A stretch of 64,000 nt of DNA from Octopus sinensis (Eukaryota). Below are positions 62,924 to 64,000 of the stretch, in pieces (positions within the stretch are counted from its first letter, which is position 1; every line of letters starts with the position of its first letter). The notes beneath the pieces are model-generated. The model was given only the letters and a program-made list of their open reading frames with translations, searched no databases and had not been told where the DNA came from. The stretch lies in NCBI RefSeq assembly GCF_006345805.1, contig NC_043010.1, forward strand, positions 14,198,001-14,262,000. Reading direction: 5' to 3'. The position numbers were made by a program, and so were the translations under genes.

Positions 62924-63702
62924 CTGAATATAAAACATATAAATAGAGAGAAGAGAGAGATAAAACACTACTAGATTACTTGTTCAAGAGATTCCAGCCA
63001 GAGTGTGAGTACAGATGAAGTGAAGATAGAGGGTAGGCACAGAGAAGGGGCCAGAATAAGGTTAACTAATGCCTCTGAACCAAATTTATTTAAACACTTT
63101 ATGTTAGGACAGGTTCTTGTGATTTTGTTGTTGAGATTGATGTTTAGCCCTAGGCCAATCCTAATGGAGCAAATCAAAGGCATTTCAACTATGACCAACC
63201 TGTCATTTTAGGGATAGCTGTTACATTATTTGATGTATCCCCTCTCCTTTTTAAGATGTCATCTGGGGGAAATTTGACTATTTCTAGTAGGGTAAGTGAC
63301 TAAGTAGTCTTCGCTTCAGCTCAATGTATATGCCATCGTTGTTAAGTCTAAGGTCAACGCTGACCATATTGACCAAAGATTAAAAGCCCTCCAGCCAGGA
63401 CCATCTCGCATTTTTAAGGGACTGTGGGATTATGTAATCTAAAAATATTCTGTCCTTACACAGAGCAATAGAGTGTGATTTGAAGAGGAGTTGGTTGCTA
63501 TTTCTAGCATACCTGTCAGCCACATGAAGGTTCCCTTCAAACATATTGAACAGATTGCATAATTAGAAGAGCATCCAACAAAATACGGTACGGTATTTGG
63601 TTGCATCCACTTAGGTTCTGAGTTCAAACTCGGCCCAGGTTCATTTTTGCCTTTCATCCTTCCAAGGTTGATAAAATATGTACTGGAGTTTACTAAGTCA
63701 GT

Positions 63703-63895
63703 TGCCAGACGTTGGGGCTTCAATGTATCTATAACCAGGGAAGCAAGGAGTTCAGAGTATGGTAGATGACTGATGGTGGGTATTTGCTTGGTTGCATGTC
63801 TCTAAACAGTTCCCAGGAGATCAATGTCCTGAGCAAGATAGGGGTTCCAGACTGGTGATGCAAATTCCAAGTGTGGCCGCACCATAGCTATATAC
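63703..63895 (-). mobile_element. CR1-type LINE RT C-terminal fragment
   Basis: MYIAMVRPHLEFASPVWNPYLAQDIDLL...LPYSELL. Confidence 0.82.
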
Positions 63896-64000
63896 ATCTA
63901 TAACCCTTTAGCATTCAAACCGGCCATATCAGGCCAAAATATTTAGCCTGTTTTCTGTTGAAATGGACCAGATCTGGTTCTTCACCTCAACCTTACAATA

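Noticed and set aside
1-64000. CRISPR array, rRNA or prokaryotic operon
   Set aside because: No repeat-spacer array or rRNA signature; the gene structure is eukaryotic and spliced.

Overview
AT-rich, repeat-dense animal genomic DNA, most likely an octopus or other cephalopod (inferred from the SINE families and microsatellite style; not verified). Three spliced protein-coding genes can be rebuilt with phase-consistent exons. (1) The last 7 coding exons of eIF3a lie on + (84-11635, 504 aa, ending DDDGWTTVRY*). (2) Nine exons of RPP30, the RNase P/MRP p30 subunit, lie on - (62923-17746, 269 aa; the N-terminal exons are beyond the window end), with one U12-type GT-AG intron and a 29.3-kb intron. 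(3) An unrecognised 3-exon gene of about 390 aa, predicted single-pass membrane protein, lies on + (33377-54451) and is nested entirely inside that large RPP30 intron. The rest is mobile DNA: several tRNA-derived SINE families, a (GAT)n-tailed repeat, RTE and CR1 LINE ends, piggyBac-type (TTAA) and Merlin-type (GG..CC, 8-bp TSD) MITEs, a DD37D maT transposon, a Chapaev-like remnant, a Gypsy remnant, and Penelope-like foldback remnants in (TA)n. Best leads: a ~353-bp tandem, hairpin-rich repeat carrying a decayed type I hammerhead ribozyme motif (retrozyme-like, 38697-39443); three more hammerhead-like motifs in Penelope-type remnants; a pre-tRNA-Asp/SINE chimeric retrocopy with a 15-bp TSD (21660-21995); and the nested orphan gene. 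All calls were made by eye; no database searches or folding programs were run.
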